Of a stretch of 64,000 nt of DNA, positions 1-13,500 are shown in pieces. The notes beneath the pieces are model-generated. The model was not told where the DNA came from, did no database searches, and saw only the letters and a program-made list of their open reading frames with translations. Source of the DNA: Eledone cirrhosa (Eukaryota); contig OZ024740.1 in the NCBI GenBank assembly GCA_964016885.1, positions 86,614,001 to 86,678,000 on the forward strand, written 5' to 3'. A program made the position numbers and the translations under genes. Position 1 is the first letter of the stretch, and each line of letters begins with the position of its first letter.

Positions 1-304
1 CCACGCATTCACACACAAATATATTTGCACACCTCTACAAAATACATATACTCACATTCACATAGTAACATGTTCATACTTACATACATATACACATGCA
101 CACATATATATATACACACATGTATTCATGTACATACATACGCGTTCATGTGTATACATTTTCATACTCAACTTATCTTTAATTACTCACTGCCACCAAA
201 AATTCTCACTGCTATCAAAAAACCACTCCCTCAACTATTCTTCTCACAACTTCACCCCTCCCTCCTAATATTCTCTATAAAAACCAAATAGGTCCTCAGT
301 AATA

Positions 305-425
305 TTATTCTGATGAAATTACAGTAAATAATAACATTGAAATATTGAATGTCTGCATAACTAAAACTTTGTAGATAGCAGCTGTTTTCAGGTTATGTAA
401 CTGTTATAGAAACACGTGTCAATAA
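305..425 (+). ncRNA. Type I hammerhead ribozyme with ~92 nt branched helix II
   Basis: TTATT-CTGATGA(310-316)-insert-GAAA(409-412)-CACGTGTC^AATAA. Stem I TTATT/AATAA, palindromic stem III ACACGTGT, predicted GUC cleavage after 420. Confidence 0.75.
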
Positions 426-611
426 ATTCCTTTCAACTAAACTGTATCCATTCAAATCTTTCTATTTTTCTCCGGATTACTTTTGGAACTACAACTGGAA
501 CCGTCGAGCAAACTCTACGTGAGCTGTCAATCTACTGTGTGTAATATTTATATTACAACACAACAGAAAATACTGTATATTCACCTCCTGTAAAGTCGAG
601 CAACCACAACA

Positions 612-2932
612 ATGGAAAAACACTACCTGGATATGTCACTCAAAAACATACGAACCCAAGGTAGAAAGGAATATTTATTGAGTATGATTCAAAAAACTAA
701 TGAATTCATTCGACGTGTCAGGTGGAAAACGCTCCACTATGATAGAAGCCGTATGAACTCAACATTAGAAAGTGGTGTAAACAACAAATTCGGTTTTAGG
801 ACGTGTAAAAACCCACCCACCAACCCACTATTAGATGCATTTGAGCAGGACCTTATGAACTTAATCCTTAAAATTAAATTCAAAGGACGCAACACCAACA
901 ACAAATTACAGAAAGATATAAAAAAAACTACTGGACGACCTTAAAAACACCAAAGGAATTGTAGTAAAAGCGGACAAAACATCAAACTTGTATACTATGG
1001 ATTGCACTACACACAACAACTTCATTCGAAAAGAATTACATAAAAAATATAGAAAAACGAATGAAGTAACTCTTAAGCACATCAATGATGAGTCATGCGA
1101 AATAGTGAAAAATCTCGGAATCGAAGATAGGACAGGACCACTCTTACCGGCGGTACCCACCTTCAATCTTAAGGACCATAAGGTAAACTTTGATAATGAC
1201 CCTAAAATTAGATTAATCTGCCCCTCTAAATCAGATATAGGTAAAATAAGCAAATATATCTTAGATAGAATCATCCCCCAAATTAAGGCTAAGGTTAACA
1301 TTAAACTCTGGGGGAAGACCCAGGAAGCAATAAGATGGTTTAATAGCATTAGCAATAAGAATAAATCTAAGTTTATCCAGTTTGATATCGATGAATATTA
1401 CTCATCGATATCACCTGAAACTTTGAATAGAGCCATTAAGTTTGCTAAGGATAACTCTGACCTTACAAACGATGAAATTAAGATTATATTAGAAGCTAGG
1501 AAAACTATAGTCAAATTTGAGAACAGTTATTGGGTACGTAAAGATAGACCCTCTAACTTTGACATAACAATGGGCTCTAACGATTCGGCGGAAATAACTG
1601 ATATTGTGGGGTTATTTATCGCCTTTAGACTCCAGGAAAAATTCAGCAATCTCCACGGCGGAATATACCGCGACGATGTTCTCCTAGTTAAAAACCTAAA
1701 TAACCAAAAACTAGAAAAACTACGCAAAGATATAAGAAAACTACTACTCGAAATAGGACTAACTATAACATATGAATACAACCTTAAAGTAGTTAACTTC
1801 CTGGGTGTCACACTCAATTTAAACTCTGGTTTGATTAAACCGTTTCATAAATTGAATGAAAATCTCAAATACGTAAATGTTGGGTCTAACCACCCCATCT
1901 CTATAATTAAATCTATCCCTAAAAATATTTCCCTTAGAATCTCGGGTCTATCTTCTAACATACAAGTATTTAAGGAACACGCCGAGTACTACGATAACGC
2001 CCTTAGTAAAGCAGGCTACCTCAACAAAATAGAGTATATAGATGGGAACAATCAAAACACCCAAAATAAATCCCACATAGGTAAATATAATAACACAACA
2101 CCAAACCACACTTACTACCATAGTATGCACACCAGCAAACCAACAAACAAAACTAATAGAAAGCGATGCAAAGAGTACTTATGGTATAACCCCGAATACA
2201 ATAGTTCCATTAGTACAAATTTACCAGTACTCTTCTTTAAAATAATTAAGGGACATTTTCCTACATCACACAAATACCACAAAATCCTAAACCCTACCAA
2301 TATAAGACTGTCATACTCTACAGCGTTAAACCTTGAACAACACATAAAAAAGATCAATACTAGAAGGTTAAACGAAAACACTAAGAACTTAAGTGCAAAG
2401 AACACAAAAAAAAACAGTAGACAATACACTACAGAACATAAATAAACCACACCTAAGTTCGTCCGCAATACTACTCCAGAGAAAACCCAACGTACACAAC
2501 TGTAACTGCACCTATCCTGACAACTGCCCCCTCGGCAATAACTGCCTGGAAAAAAATATTATTTATAAGTGTACCATTAAATCCGGAGGCAACGAGTGGT
2601 ATTACGTGGGATCAACGGCAACATCGTTTAAATCTCGATTATATAGGCATTCTTACTCAATAAAACACCAGAGCCAAAGAAATGTAACAACTTTAGCAGA
2701 AAAAGCTTGGACGCTCAGGGATAGCGATCAAAAGTTTACCCTAAAATGGGAGAAATTAGCTAAAACCCAAAGCTTTTCCAGGAGCCAAAATTTCTGCAAA
2801 TTGTGTAATCTTGAGATTTATTACATAATCACACACAAGAAGAAATTGCTGAATAACAGAATTGAACGAACATTATTCTGCCGTCACAGAACTAAAACCC
2901 TTTTTTCCCACTACAAGCCGAATATTACATAA
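612..2932 (+). pseudogene. PLE RT + C-terminal GIY-YIG endonuclease, frameshifted near 925 and 2410
   Basis: ORFs 612-944, 988-2445 and 2393-2932 join into one protein collinear with element B; breaks lie at A-runs. Confidence 0.88.
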
Positions 2933-3102
2933 AAGAGGGACATCCCCCCAACTATATAAACCTCAATCTAGTTAGAAAAATATAATAACAATCTCTTCTC
3001 AACATATATTAATAACCTTAAATTACCACACTAATAATGGAAAGATATGCTGATGAGAATAGGTGCAAATATGCGATAATGAATGTGTCTAAAAACGTCC
3101 AT

Positions 3103-3200
3103 AAGTATGTATATATATGTGAAAATGTATATAAACAAGTAAATATATATATATGTTTGCTGTGTATAGTTAGATGTAAGTGTATTCATGTATTAAAGTG

Positions 3201-3258
<58 letters not shown>

Positions 3259-3356
3259 CACTTTAATACATGAATACACTTACATCTAACTATACACATC
3301 AAACATATATATATATTTACTTGTTTATATACATTTTCACATATATATACATACTT
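3103..3356. repeat. Near-perfect palindrome, ~100 bp arms centred on (TA)n
   Basis: 3103-3203 is the reverse complement of 3256-3356 with about one mismatch. Confidence 0.9.
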
Positions 3357-4050
3357 TTCCATGCTGCCTGTCTGTTTCGTTCCTTGTATCTTTACCACTT
3401 CTAGCAGTCTCCCTCTCTGTTACTCTCTCCTCAACTTTCACTCACTCATTCTCTGTCACTACCTCTCCTCCTCCTCTTTCCTCATCCTCCTTCAAGTTTG
3501 ACCTGTGTGTAATTCTTTTCTCGCGCAGTCTTGACCGAGCTGGTATGGAATTTTTTTCTCTCTCTCTTTCGTCTGTGACTTCACAAAACTTGCGTTTACC
3601 GAATTCATAGACCAGACCACCTTATCTTCTTCTTCTTCTTCTTCTTCTTCTTCTTCTTCTTCTTCTTCTTCTTCTTCTTCTTCTTCTTCTTCTTCTTCTT
3701 CTTCTTCTTCTTCTTCCTCTTCTCTCCTTTCTCTTTCTCTCTCTCTCTCTTTTTTCCCCCCGTCAAACTTGGGCGAAATTCTTTCCTTGCTCACATTTCT
3801 ACCAGGTTCGATGGTCTTTCGTCTCTTGTTCACGATTTCACAGAGTTTATATTCATAGAGATCTGGGACTTGTCTATTTCTACTCACTTTCCGTTGCTTA
3901 AACCCTTTTTGTTGTTACTCTAGCGTCCCCCTTTATTTACGTGTCCCAACGACTTTTTTTAGCCGTTGTTCGCACCAACCTGAGGCATATGGCCCTTAAA
4001 GCGATGAAATGCCGAGGACGGTTGGAGGGTCACTGATGAAGGACTCACTT

Positions 4051-4084
<34 letters not shown>

Positions 4085-4087
<3 letters not shown>

Positions 4088-4268
4088 GAAGGAATTGTGG
4101 TAAGGAACCAGGTGGACCTTAACGCACCAGAGTACTCGATACTTTGGGTAGTAGAGTGGGTAATAGGAAAAGGTTCAGGACTCCGACGGCAGAGCTCAAG
4201 CCGTTTCGACGGTTATTTCCGTTGAAACGGCTTGAGCTTTGCCATCGGGGTCCTGAACCTTTTCCTAT
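4085..4268. mobile_element. Fold-back of two opposed PLE-type 3' ends containing HHR 3' halves, between (TA)n tracts
   Basis: Arms ~4163-4212 and ~4219-4268 with 4 substitutions; homologous to 50815-50860; left extension homologous to 38550-38600 and 51550-51621. Confidence 0.75.
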
Positions 4269-4270
4269 AA

Positions 4271-4374
<104 letters not shown>

Positions 4375-4614
4375 CTATATGTATATGTATATATATAGAG
4401 AGAGAGATGCGTGCGCCTGTGCATGTACGTATATGTGTATGCGAATGCGTACGTGTGAGAGTATGTGGTGTACATGTAAGCATATATATGTATGTATACA
4501 TTCCTATACAGACTTAATGAAATAACTGGCTTGGAACTGAAGCTGGTCTTTGGACATAATTTGTCTGTATTAGTCTACTTCAACTGCGTTTGCCTGCATG
4601 TATTTATTGATTAA

Positions 4615-4927
4615 ACACTTACACATTCACACGCATGCACATTCACACGTACACAGTCACACACGCATGCACATTCACACGAACACAGTCACACACGCAT
4701 GCACATTCACACGTACACAGTCACACACGCATGCACATTCACACGTACACAGTCACACACGCATACACATTCACACGAACACAGTCACACACGCATGCAC
4801 ATTCACACGTACACGGTCACACACGCATGCACATTCACACATCAAATACACATATACATAAATAAACATTCTCTGACACATTCACACATACACATATACA
4901 TATATAGACAATATTTGGCACACGCAC

Positions 4928-4958
<31 letters not shown>

Positions 4959-5243
4959 TATACATAAATAGACATTCTCTGACACACATACACATACACA
5001 TATACATACACATACACATACACATACACATACGCATATACATAAATAGATATTCTCTGACACACACACACACACATACATATACACATATACATTCACT
5101 GACACACACGCGCATACACATACACATACACACAGACATATACATAAATAGACATTCTCTGACACACACGCACATACATATACATGTACACACACACATA
5201 CACATACACATAAATAGACATTCTCTGACACACACATACATAT

Positions 5244-5274
<31 letters not shown>

Positions 5275-5419
5275 TACATATACATATACATATACATAAA
5301 TAGAGATTCTCTGACACACACACAGACATACATATACATATACACATACACATATATATATACATACACATAAATAGAAATTCTCTAACACACATACACA
5401 CATACATATACATATATAC

Positions 5420-5450
<31 letters not shown>

Positions 5451-6202
5451 AACACATACACATACACATATACATAAATAGAGATTCTCTGACACACACA
5501 TACATATACATATACATATACATATACACATACACATACACATATACATACACATACACATACACATACACATATACATGCACATACACATATACATACA
5601 CATACATAAATAAATATTCTCTGACACACACATACATATACATATATACATACACATACACATACATATATACATACACATACACATACATATACACATA
5701 CGCATATACATATACATATACATAAATAGAGATTCTCTGACACGCACACACACATACATATACATATATACATAAATATACACATACACATATACGTATA
5801 CATAAATAGAGATTATCTGACACACACGCACACATACATATACATATATACATACACATACACATTCACATATACATAAATAGAGATTTTCTGACGCGCA
5901 CACACACACATACATATACATATATACATACACATACACATACACATAAATAGAGATTCTCTGACACACACACATACATATACATATATACATACACATA
6001 TACATATACATATACATAAATAGAGATTTTCTGACGCGCACACACACACATACATATACATATATACATACACATACACATACACATAAATAGAGATTCT
6101 CTGACACACACACATACATATACATATATACATACACATACACATATACATATACATAAATAGAGATTTTCTGACACACACACGCATACATATAATATAT
6201 AC

Positions 6203-6239
<37 letters not shown>

Positions 6240-6640
6240 TATATATATACATAAATAGAGATTTTCTGACACACACACACATACATATACATATATACAT
6301 ACACATACACATATACATATACATATACAGTAATAGAGATTTTCTGACACACACACACACATACATATACATATATACATACACATACACATACACATTC
6401 ACATATACATAAATAGAGATTCTCTGACACACACACACACATACATATACATATACACATACACATAAACATACACATACACATATACATACACATACAC
6501 ATACACATACGCATATACATATACATAAATAGACATTCATTCTCTGACACACACGCACACATACATATACATATATACATACACATACACAAACATATAA
6601 ATATATATAAATAGAGATTTTCTGACACACACACACACAC
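4615..6640. repeat. Compound minisatellite of (CACATA/CATA)n punctuated by AAATAGAGATTCTCTGACAC
   Basis: Anchor recurs every ~50-110 bp; source of the spurious MCMYV-type ORFs. Confidence 0.9.
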
Positions 6641-7019
6641 ACGCACGAACAGATGAAAGAATAAGTTTATCACGTAAATGATTTCATGTTAAATCACCTT
6701 TAACACGACAGTGGAATTAATTCCTCAAAGATCCACTTGAGATGTGTCTTTCACACATTTCAGAAATTGAATCCCGTTTCCTGGACTTCTACCAATTCCT
6801 GCTAAATGACCGCCAGCCAATGAGTCATAAATTATAATTGAAACAACAACAACAACAACAACAATAGCAGTAGTAAGGAACTATAGCATTACTGGACAAA
6901 GCAACAACGGCGGGGTTCAATAGTTATATAATTCGCTTACTTAGCCACAACAACAACAGCTCAAACAAGAACAACAACAATTTTAACCACAGTAATATTG
7001 ACCCCAATAACAACAACAA

Positions 7020-7058
<39 letters not shown>

Positions 7059-7092
7059 CAGCAGCAGTAGTAGTAGTAGTAGTAGTAGTAGT

Positions 7093-7145
<53 letters not shown>

Positions 7146-7334
7146 GAACTATTGCATTACTGTACAAAGCAACAACGGTGTGTGTGGGGGGGGGGGGGGG
7201 GTTACCAAAACAAAAACAACTTTTAACAACAGTAATATCATTCGCTTACTTAGTCACAACAACAACAACACTAACAACAAAAACATCAACAACACTAACA
7301 ACAAGAATAACAGCAACTTTAACCGCAGTAATAT

Positions 7335-7540
7335 TGGTTTCTTATATAGGCACAAGGCCAGCAATTTTGCGGGAGGGGAAGTCGATTAAAACGACCCCAG
7401 TGTGTGACTGGTATTTTATCGACCTCGTAAGGATGAAAGGCAAAGTTAACCTCGGTGGGATTTGAACTCGGATCATAAAGGGCCGTAACTCTTTGCTGCA
7501 AAGCATGGCGTTGACCCTCTACCGATACTATTGACCCCCA
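7335..7540 (-). mobile_element. tRNA-derived SINE
   Basis: Minus strand has B box GTTCAAATCC and central GCCTTTCATCCT..GGTCGATAAAATACCAG shared with many copies in the window. Confidence 0.8.
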
Positions 7541-7832
7541 ACAACAACAACATCAAAAGCATAAAATCTAGTAGTATCAGCACTGTGTTAACAGCATCAT
7601 TTCTGATACATTTATTCATATTTTTAAAGACGATGGTTTATTAATTGAAGATTTAGCTGCTGGTTATAGCAGGTCAAGCGACAACGTAGAAACTGAATAA
7701 GTAGTTGGGTGAAGATGTGTGAGTGTGTGATCAAATATAATCGTTTGACTTGTAACTTATTGGACGCTCCACACCAGGTCCGAACACAGAAGAGCCGGAC
7801 TCCCACTGTCATCGCCTCCATCACTCTCTTTC

Positions 7833-7872
<40 letters not shown>

Positions 7873-8032
7873 GGTGGTGGTGGTGGTGGTGGTGGTGGTG
7901 GTGGTGGTGGTGGTGGTAGTAGTGGAGGTGGTGGTAATAGTAGTAGTAGTAATAGTGGTGGTGGTGTTGGTAGTAATAGTAGTAGTAGTAGTAGTAGTAG
8001 TAGTCGTGTTGTTGGTAGTAGTAGTAGTGGTG

Positions 8033-8112
<80 letters not shown>

Positions 8113-8122
8113 GGTGGTGGTG

Positions 8123-8166
<44 letters not shown>

Positions 8167-9300
8167 GGTGGTGGTGGTGGTGGTAGTAATAGTGGTGGTG
8201 GTGTTGGTAGTAGTAGTAGTAGTAGTAGTTGTTGTTGTAGTAGTAGTAGTAGTAGTAGTGGTGGTGTGTTGTTGGTAGTAGTAATAGTGGTGGTGGTGGT
8301 GGTAGTAGTAGTAGTAGTAGTGGTGGTGTGTTGTTGGTAGTAGTAATAGTGGTGGTGGTGGTGGTAGTAGTAGTGGTCGTGGTGGTGGTGGTAGTTATGC
8401 AATTCTGATTCTTTTTTCCTGACTTCCTTCTTAGAAACGGTTTAACGCCATTGTAAGTTACTTTTTATCGTTTCTTTTCTTTTGTCAAGTTACTCCTGCC
8501 CTTGGCTTTGCATTTGTTGCTATTATTGTTGCTGTCGTTGCTGTTGTTGTTATTGCTATTTATTTTGTTTATTTGTATTTAATTCTGTTTATTTGTTTTT
8601 AATTTATGTATTTTTGTTATTTTTTATGGAGGGGGCGGTTCTCATTTACCATAATACTTGTATGTTTTTTCTTTCTTTCTTTCTATAGTGGTTCTACTTT
8701 AATTTTCAAACATTTCTCTATACCACTACCACCACCAACAACAACAACAACAACACAACCACTACCATCACAGCCACCACCACCACCACAAGCACCACCA
8801 CAACCACCACCTCCTCCACCACCAACACCATCACAACCACCACAACAACCACCACACCCACCACAACACAACCACCACCACCACCAACACAACCACTACC
8901 ATCACAACCACCATCACTACCACCACCCCCAACACCACCACCACAACCAGCACCACTTATCCAACCACCACCACCTCCACCACCACTACCACCACCATTA
9001 CGAGCAATACTCCCAATGACACCACCACATCTATCTTCACAAATACCACTAACACTGCTACCACCACTACTACTACTACCAATACGACCATTATCACTAT
9101 CAGTACTGCCACCAACACCACCATATCTATCTTCACCACTACCACTAACACTGCTATTACCACCACCACTGCTACCACCAGCTACCACCACAACCATGAC
9201 AATCACCATCACCAAAACCAGCACCATTAAATCCATCACCACTACCACCACTACTCCTATGAACATCACCATCGTAACAACCGTTAATACCACTACACGT
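7833..9300. repeat. (GTA)n/(GGT)n then (ACC)n-rich low-complexity region
   Basis: Direct inspection. Confidence 0.9.
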
Positions 9301-9479
9301 GTCCTCTGTCACCAACATGATTACCACAACCCACCCCAACCACTAACACCACTTCTCCACTGCCTTCACCACCACCATCACTCACCACCACCATCACTAA
9401 CACCAATACTACTCTGCCAGCAATTCCACTACCACCAACAACATCACCACAACCACAAGCACAATCACTACCACTAACA

Positions 9480-11290
9480 CAACCACCTCCACTACCATAA
9501 ACACCAACCTCACTACTACCACAACCACATCCACTACCACAAACACCAACCTCACTACAACCACTACCACAACCACATCCACTACCACAAACACCAACCT
9601 CACTACAACCACTACCACAACCACATCCACTACCACTACCACAAACACCAACCTCACTACAACAACTACCACAACCATAACCACTACCACAAACACCAAC
9701 CTCACTACAACCACTACCACAACCACATCCACTACCACAAACACCAACCTCACTACAACCACTACCACAACCACATCCACTACCACAAACACCAACCTCA
9801 CTACAATCACAACCACTACCACTACCACAAACACCAACCTCACTACAACCACTACCACAACCACCTCCACTACCACAAACACCAACCTCACTACAACCAC
9901 AACCACATCCACTACCACTACCACAAACACCAACCTCACTACAACAACTACCACAACCATAACCACTACCACAAACACCAACCTCACTACAACAACTACC
10001 ACAACCATAACCACTACCACAAACACCAACCTCACTACAACCACTACCACAACCACAACCACTACCACAAACACCAACCTCACTACAACCACTACCACAA
10101 CCACATCCACTACCACAAACACCAACCTCACTACAACCACTACCACAACCACATCCACTACCACAAACACCAACCTCACTACAACAACTACCACAACCAT
10201 AACCACTACCACAAACACCAACCTCACTACAACCACTACCACAACCACATCCACTACCACAAACACCAACCTCACTACAACCACTACCACAACCACATCC
10301 ACTACCACAAACACCAACCTCACTACAACCACTACCACAACCACCTCCACTACCACAAACACCAACCTCACTACAACCACTACCACAACCACATCCACTA
10401 CCACAAACACCAACCTCACTACAACCACTACCACAACCACAACCACTACCACAAACACCAACCTCACTACAACCACTACCACAACCACCTCCACTACCAC
10501 AAACACCAACCTCACTACAACCACTACCACAACCACCTCCACTACCACAAACACCAACCTCACTACAACCACTACCACAACCACATCCACTACCTCAAAC
10601 ACCAACCTCACTACAACCACTACCACAACCACCTCCACTACCACAAACATCAACCTCACTACAACCACTACCACAACCACCTCCACTACCACAAACACCA
10701 ACCTCACTACAACCACTACCACAACCACATCCACTACCACAAACACCAACCTCACTACAACCACTACCACAACCACCTCCACTACCACAAACACCAACCT
10801 CACTACAACCACTACCACAACCACCTCCACTACCACAAACACCAACCTCACTACAACCACTACCACAACCACCTCCACTACCACAAACACCAACCTCACT
10901 ACAACCACTACCACAACCACCTCCACTACCACAAACACCAACTTCACTACAACCACTACCACAACCACATCCACTACCACAAACACCAACCTCACTACAA
11001 CCACTACCACAACCACCTCCACTACCACAAACACCAACCTCACTACAACCACTACCACAACCACATCCACTACCACAAACACCAACCTCACTACAACCAC
11101 TACCACAACCACCTCCACTACCACAAACACCAACCTCACTACAACCACTACCACAACCACATCCACTACCACAAACACCAACCTCACTACAACCACTACC
11201 ACAACCACTACCACTACCACTACCACTACCACAAACACCAACCTCACTACAACCACTACCACAACCACCTCCACTACCACAAACACCACC
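9480..11290. repeat. 48 bp minisatellite, ~38 copies
   Basis: Unit CCACTACCACAAACACCAACCTCACTACAACCACTACCACAACCAC(A/C)T with length variants in multiples of 3. Confidence 0.92.
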
Positions 11291-11805
11291 ACCATCATCA
11301 TCATGACGACTGTCATCACGACCAATGCTGAACGTATTGTGGCTGCTCACTAATTTCATTGTGCATGTCTTTAACAAAAGAACTATTGATGGACTGAAGA
11401 ATGTGTAATTTTGATTGAACCAAGACACGAATTCATTCCGGAAGTTCTTCACATAAACTTTAGCGACTAGAGAGGGAAAAAAAGTGATGGGTGGTGGTGA
11501 GAGCAATAAGGAATAGGGGAACAACAGCTAAGATGAAGGGAAAATAAAGAAATATATATGTAAACAAAAATACTATTAAAACAGAAAAAAAAAAGAAAGA
11601 ATGAAAGAGAAAAAAGAAAGGAGGAAGGAAAGAAGTATGAACAAAAGGCATCTAGCTGTAATTATCAATTAGTGAAAGGTTTCGCTTCATTTATTGTGAA
11701 TTATTGATATTTTAACCTGGCAACTAGTTTCAGTTCCTTCCTACACAATATAGGCTCTTCTCAGTATGTTTATCTATTTTTTGGTATTATATTCTCTATA
11801 ACATT

Positions 11806-11874
<69 letters not shown>

Positions 11875-12095
11875 CCAACACAATATAATTTAATATAATT
11901 TTATATATATATATATGGATATATATATTATGTATATAAAGGTATATGAAAATATATATATACATATATATATATAAATATCATGTATATATAGATATAT
12001 TATATGAATATATATATTATATGAGTATATATATATATAAATTTATATATGTGCAAGTGTTTATGTATGAGCGCATGCACATATATTATGTAGGA

Positions 12096-12131
<36 letters not shown>

Positions 12132-12264
12132 TGCGCGTGTGTGGGGGTGTCTATCAAGTGAAGACAACAGTGATTTTTTAATCGGAAGTTTTATTTGAAG
12201 CTTTCTGAAAACCATTAACCGACAATTAATTCGTTCTGGTATCTCACGTGTGAAAAGAACAGCA

Positions 12265-13500
12265 TAATAATGGTTTCTAATTTAGACACAAGACTACACA
12301 TTTGATGGGAGGAAACAGTCGATTAAATCGACCTCAATACTTGACTGGTACTTTATTCTATCGACCGCGGAACGATGAAAGGCTAATATGGCCTTGGCGT
12401 AATTTAAACTCAAAACGTAAAGAGCTGGAACATATACCGTAACGCATGTATCCAACGCTCTTAAGATTCTGCCAATCTATTGTCAGTTAAATCATAATAA
12501 TGGTTTTTAAATTTGACACAGAGTTAGCTATTTGAAAGAGAGGAAAGTGGATTAAATCAATCCTAGTACTTGACTGCCATTTTATTTTGTCGACCCTAAA
12601 AGGATGAAAGTTAAAGTTGATTTTGAACTCGGAACGCTATGAGCTTGATCAAATACTGCAAATCTTTTCTTCCGACGCTCTAACAATTATGCCAAACCAC
12701 TATCCACTCTTGAATCATAATTATTTCTAATCTAGGCAAAAAGCCAGCAATTTGAATGGATGGGGAATGTCGATTCAAACGAATTTGACTTATTTTATCG
12801 CCCACTGAAGAATGAAAGGCAAAGTTGGTCTTGGTGGGATTTGATCTCTCACTTGAATCTAAATGATTGTTTCTACTTTTGTTACAAGGCCAGCAATTTG
12901 AAGAGAAGAAGTCGATAAAATCGATGTCAGTGCCATACTGGTGCTTTATTTTATCGACCCTGTAAGTATGAAAGAAAAAGCTATCCTCGGCGAGATTTGA
13001 ACCTTCTCTTGAATCATAATAAAAACAATCATTTATGAGGCACAGGGCCGTACATTTAGAGAGAGGTAACTGTCGATTAAATCGATCCCAGTACTTTACT
13101 GGTAATTTATTTTCTTGAGATCAAGTTTGCTCTTCATCATTCTGCGGATTGATAAAATACAGTACCATTAATACACTGGAGTTGATGTTATTGGCTGACA
13201 CCACCAATATGTATTTCTTTGTGTCTCTCTGAGAAACAATCATTGTCCCTTTACAGTCTGCGTTCAAATCCCACCAAAGTTAACTTTGCCTTTCATCCTT
13301 ACGGGGTCGATAAAATAAACTACCAGTAATGCACTGAGGTAATTGCTGGCCTTGGGCCAAAGCAGAAACAATTATTAAGAAATCATTCTTCCGGTGTCAA
13401 TAAAATAAATTCACATTCAAGTATGAGAATCGATATAATCAACTGCCACACACCCTACCTTAAATTCGAGGTTTAGAGCCCGCGTTAAACATCGTTACTA
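12265..13500. mobile_element. Cluster of degenerate SINEs: about 5 head-to-tail on minus, then plus-strand copies
   Basis: Recurring TTTCTAA..CACAAG..GTCGAT..ACTGGTA..ATCGACC..ATGAAAG..TTTGAACTC blocks. Confidence 0.75.

Larger units (their letters stand above)
160..3035 (+). mobile_element. Penelope-like element A (Naiad-like): upstream pLTR remnant plus RT-GIY-YIG body
   Basis: Protein motifs SLKNI..RRVRWK, VKADKT, FIQFDIDEYYSSI, TMGSNDSAE, GGIYRDD, then CNC-x5-CPL-x3-C, IIY..YVGST, CKLC, LLN, CRH. Clade assigned from recalled motif pattern; boundaries approximate. Confidence 0.9.

Noticed and set aside
2490-2932. Selenocysteine (in-frame TGA) recoding reported for some Naiad PLEs
   Set aside because: Cys motifs in elements A and B use TGT/TGC; no in-frame TGA seen.
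4030-4056. CTGATGAAGGAC possible HHR
   Set aside because: Truncated by (TA)n; no GAAA half.
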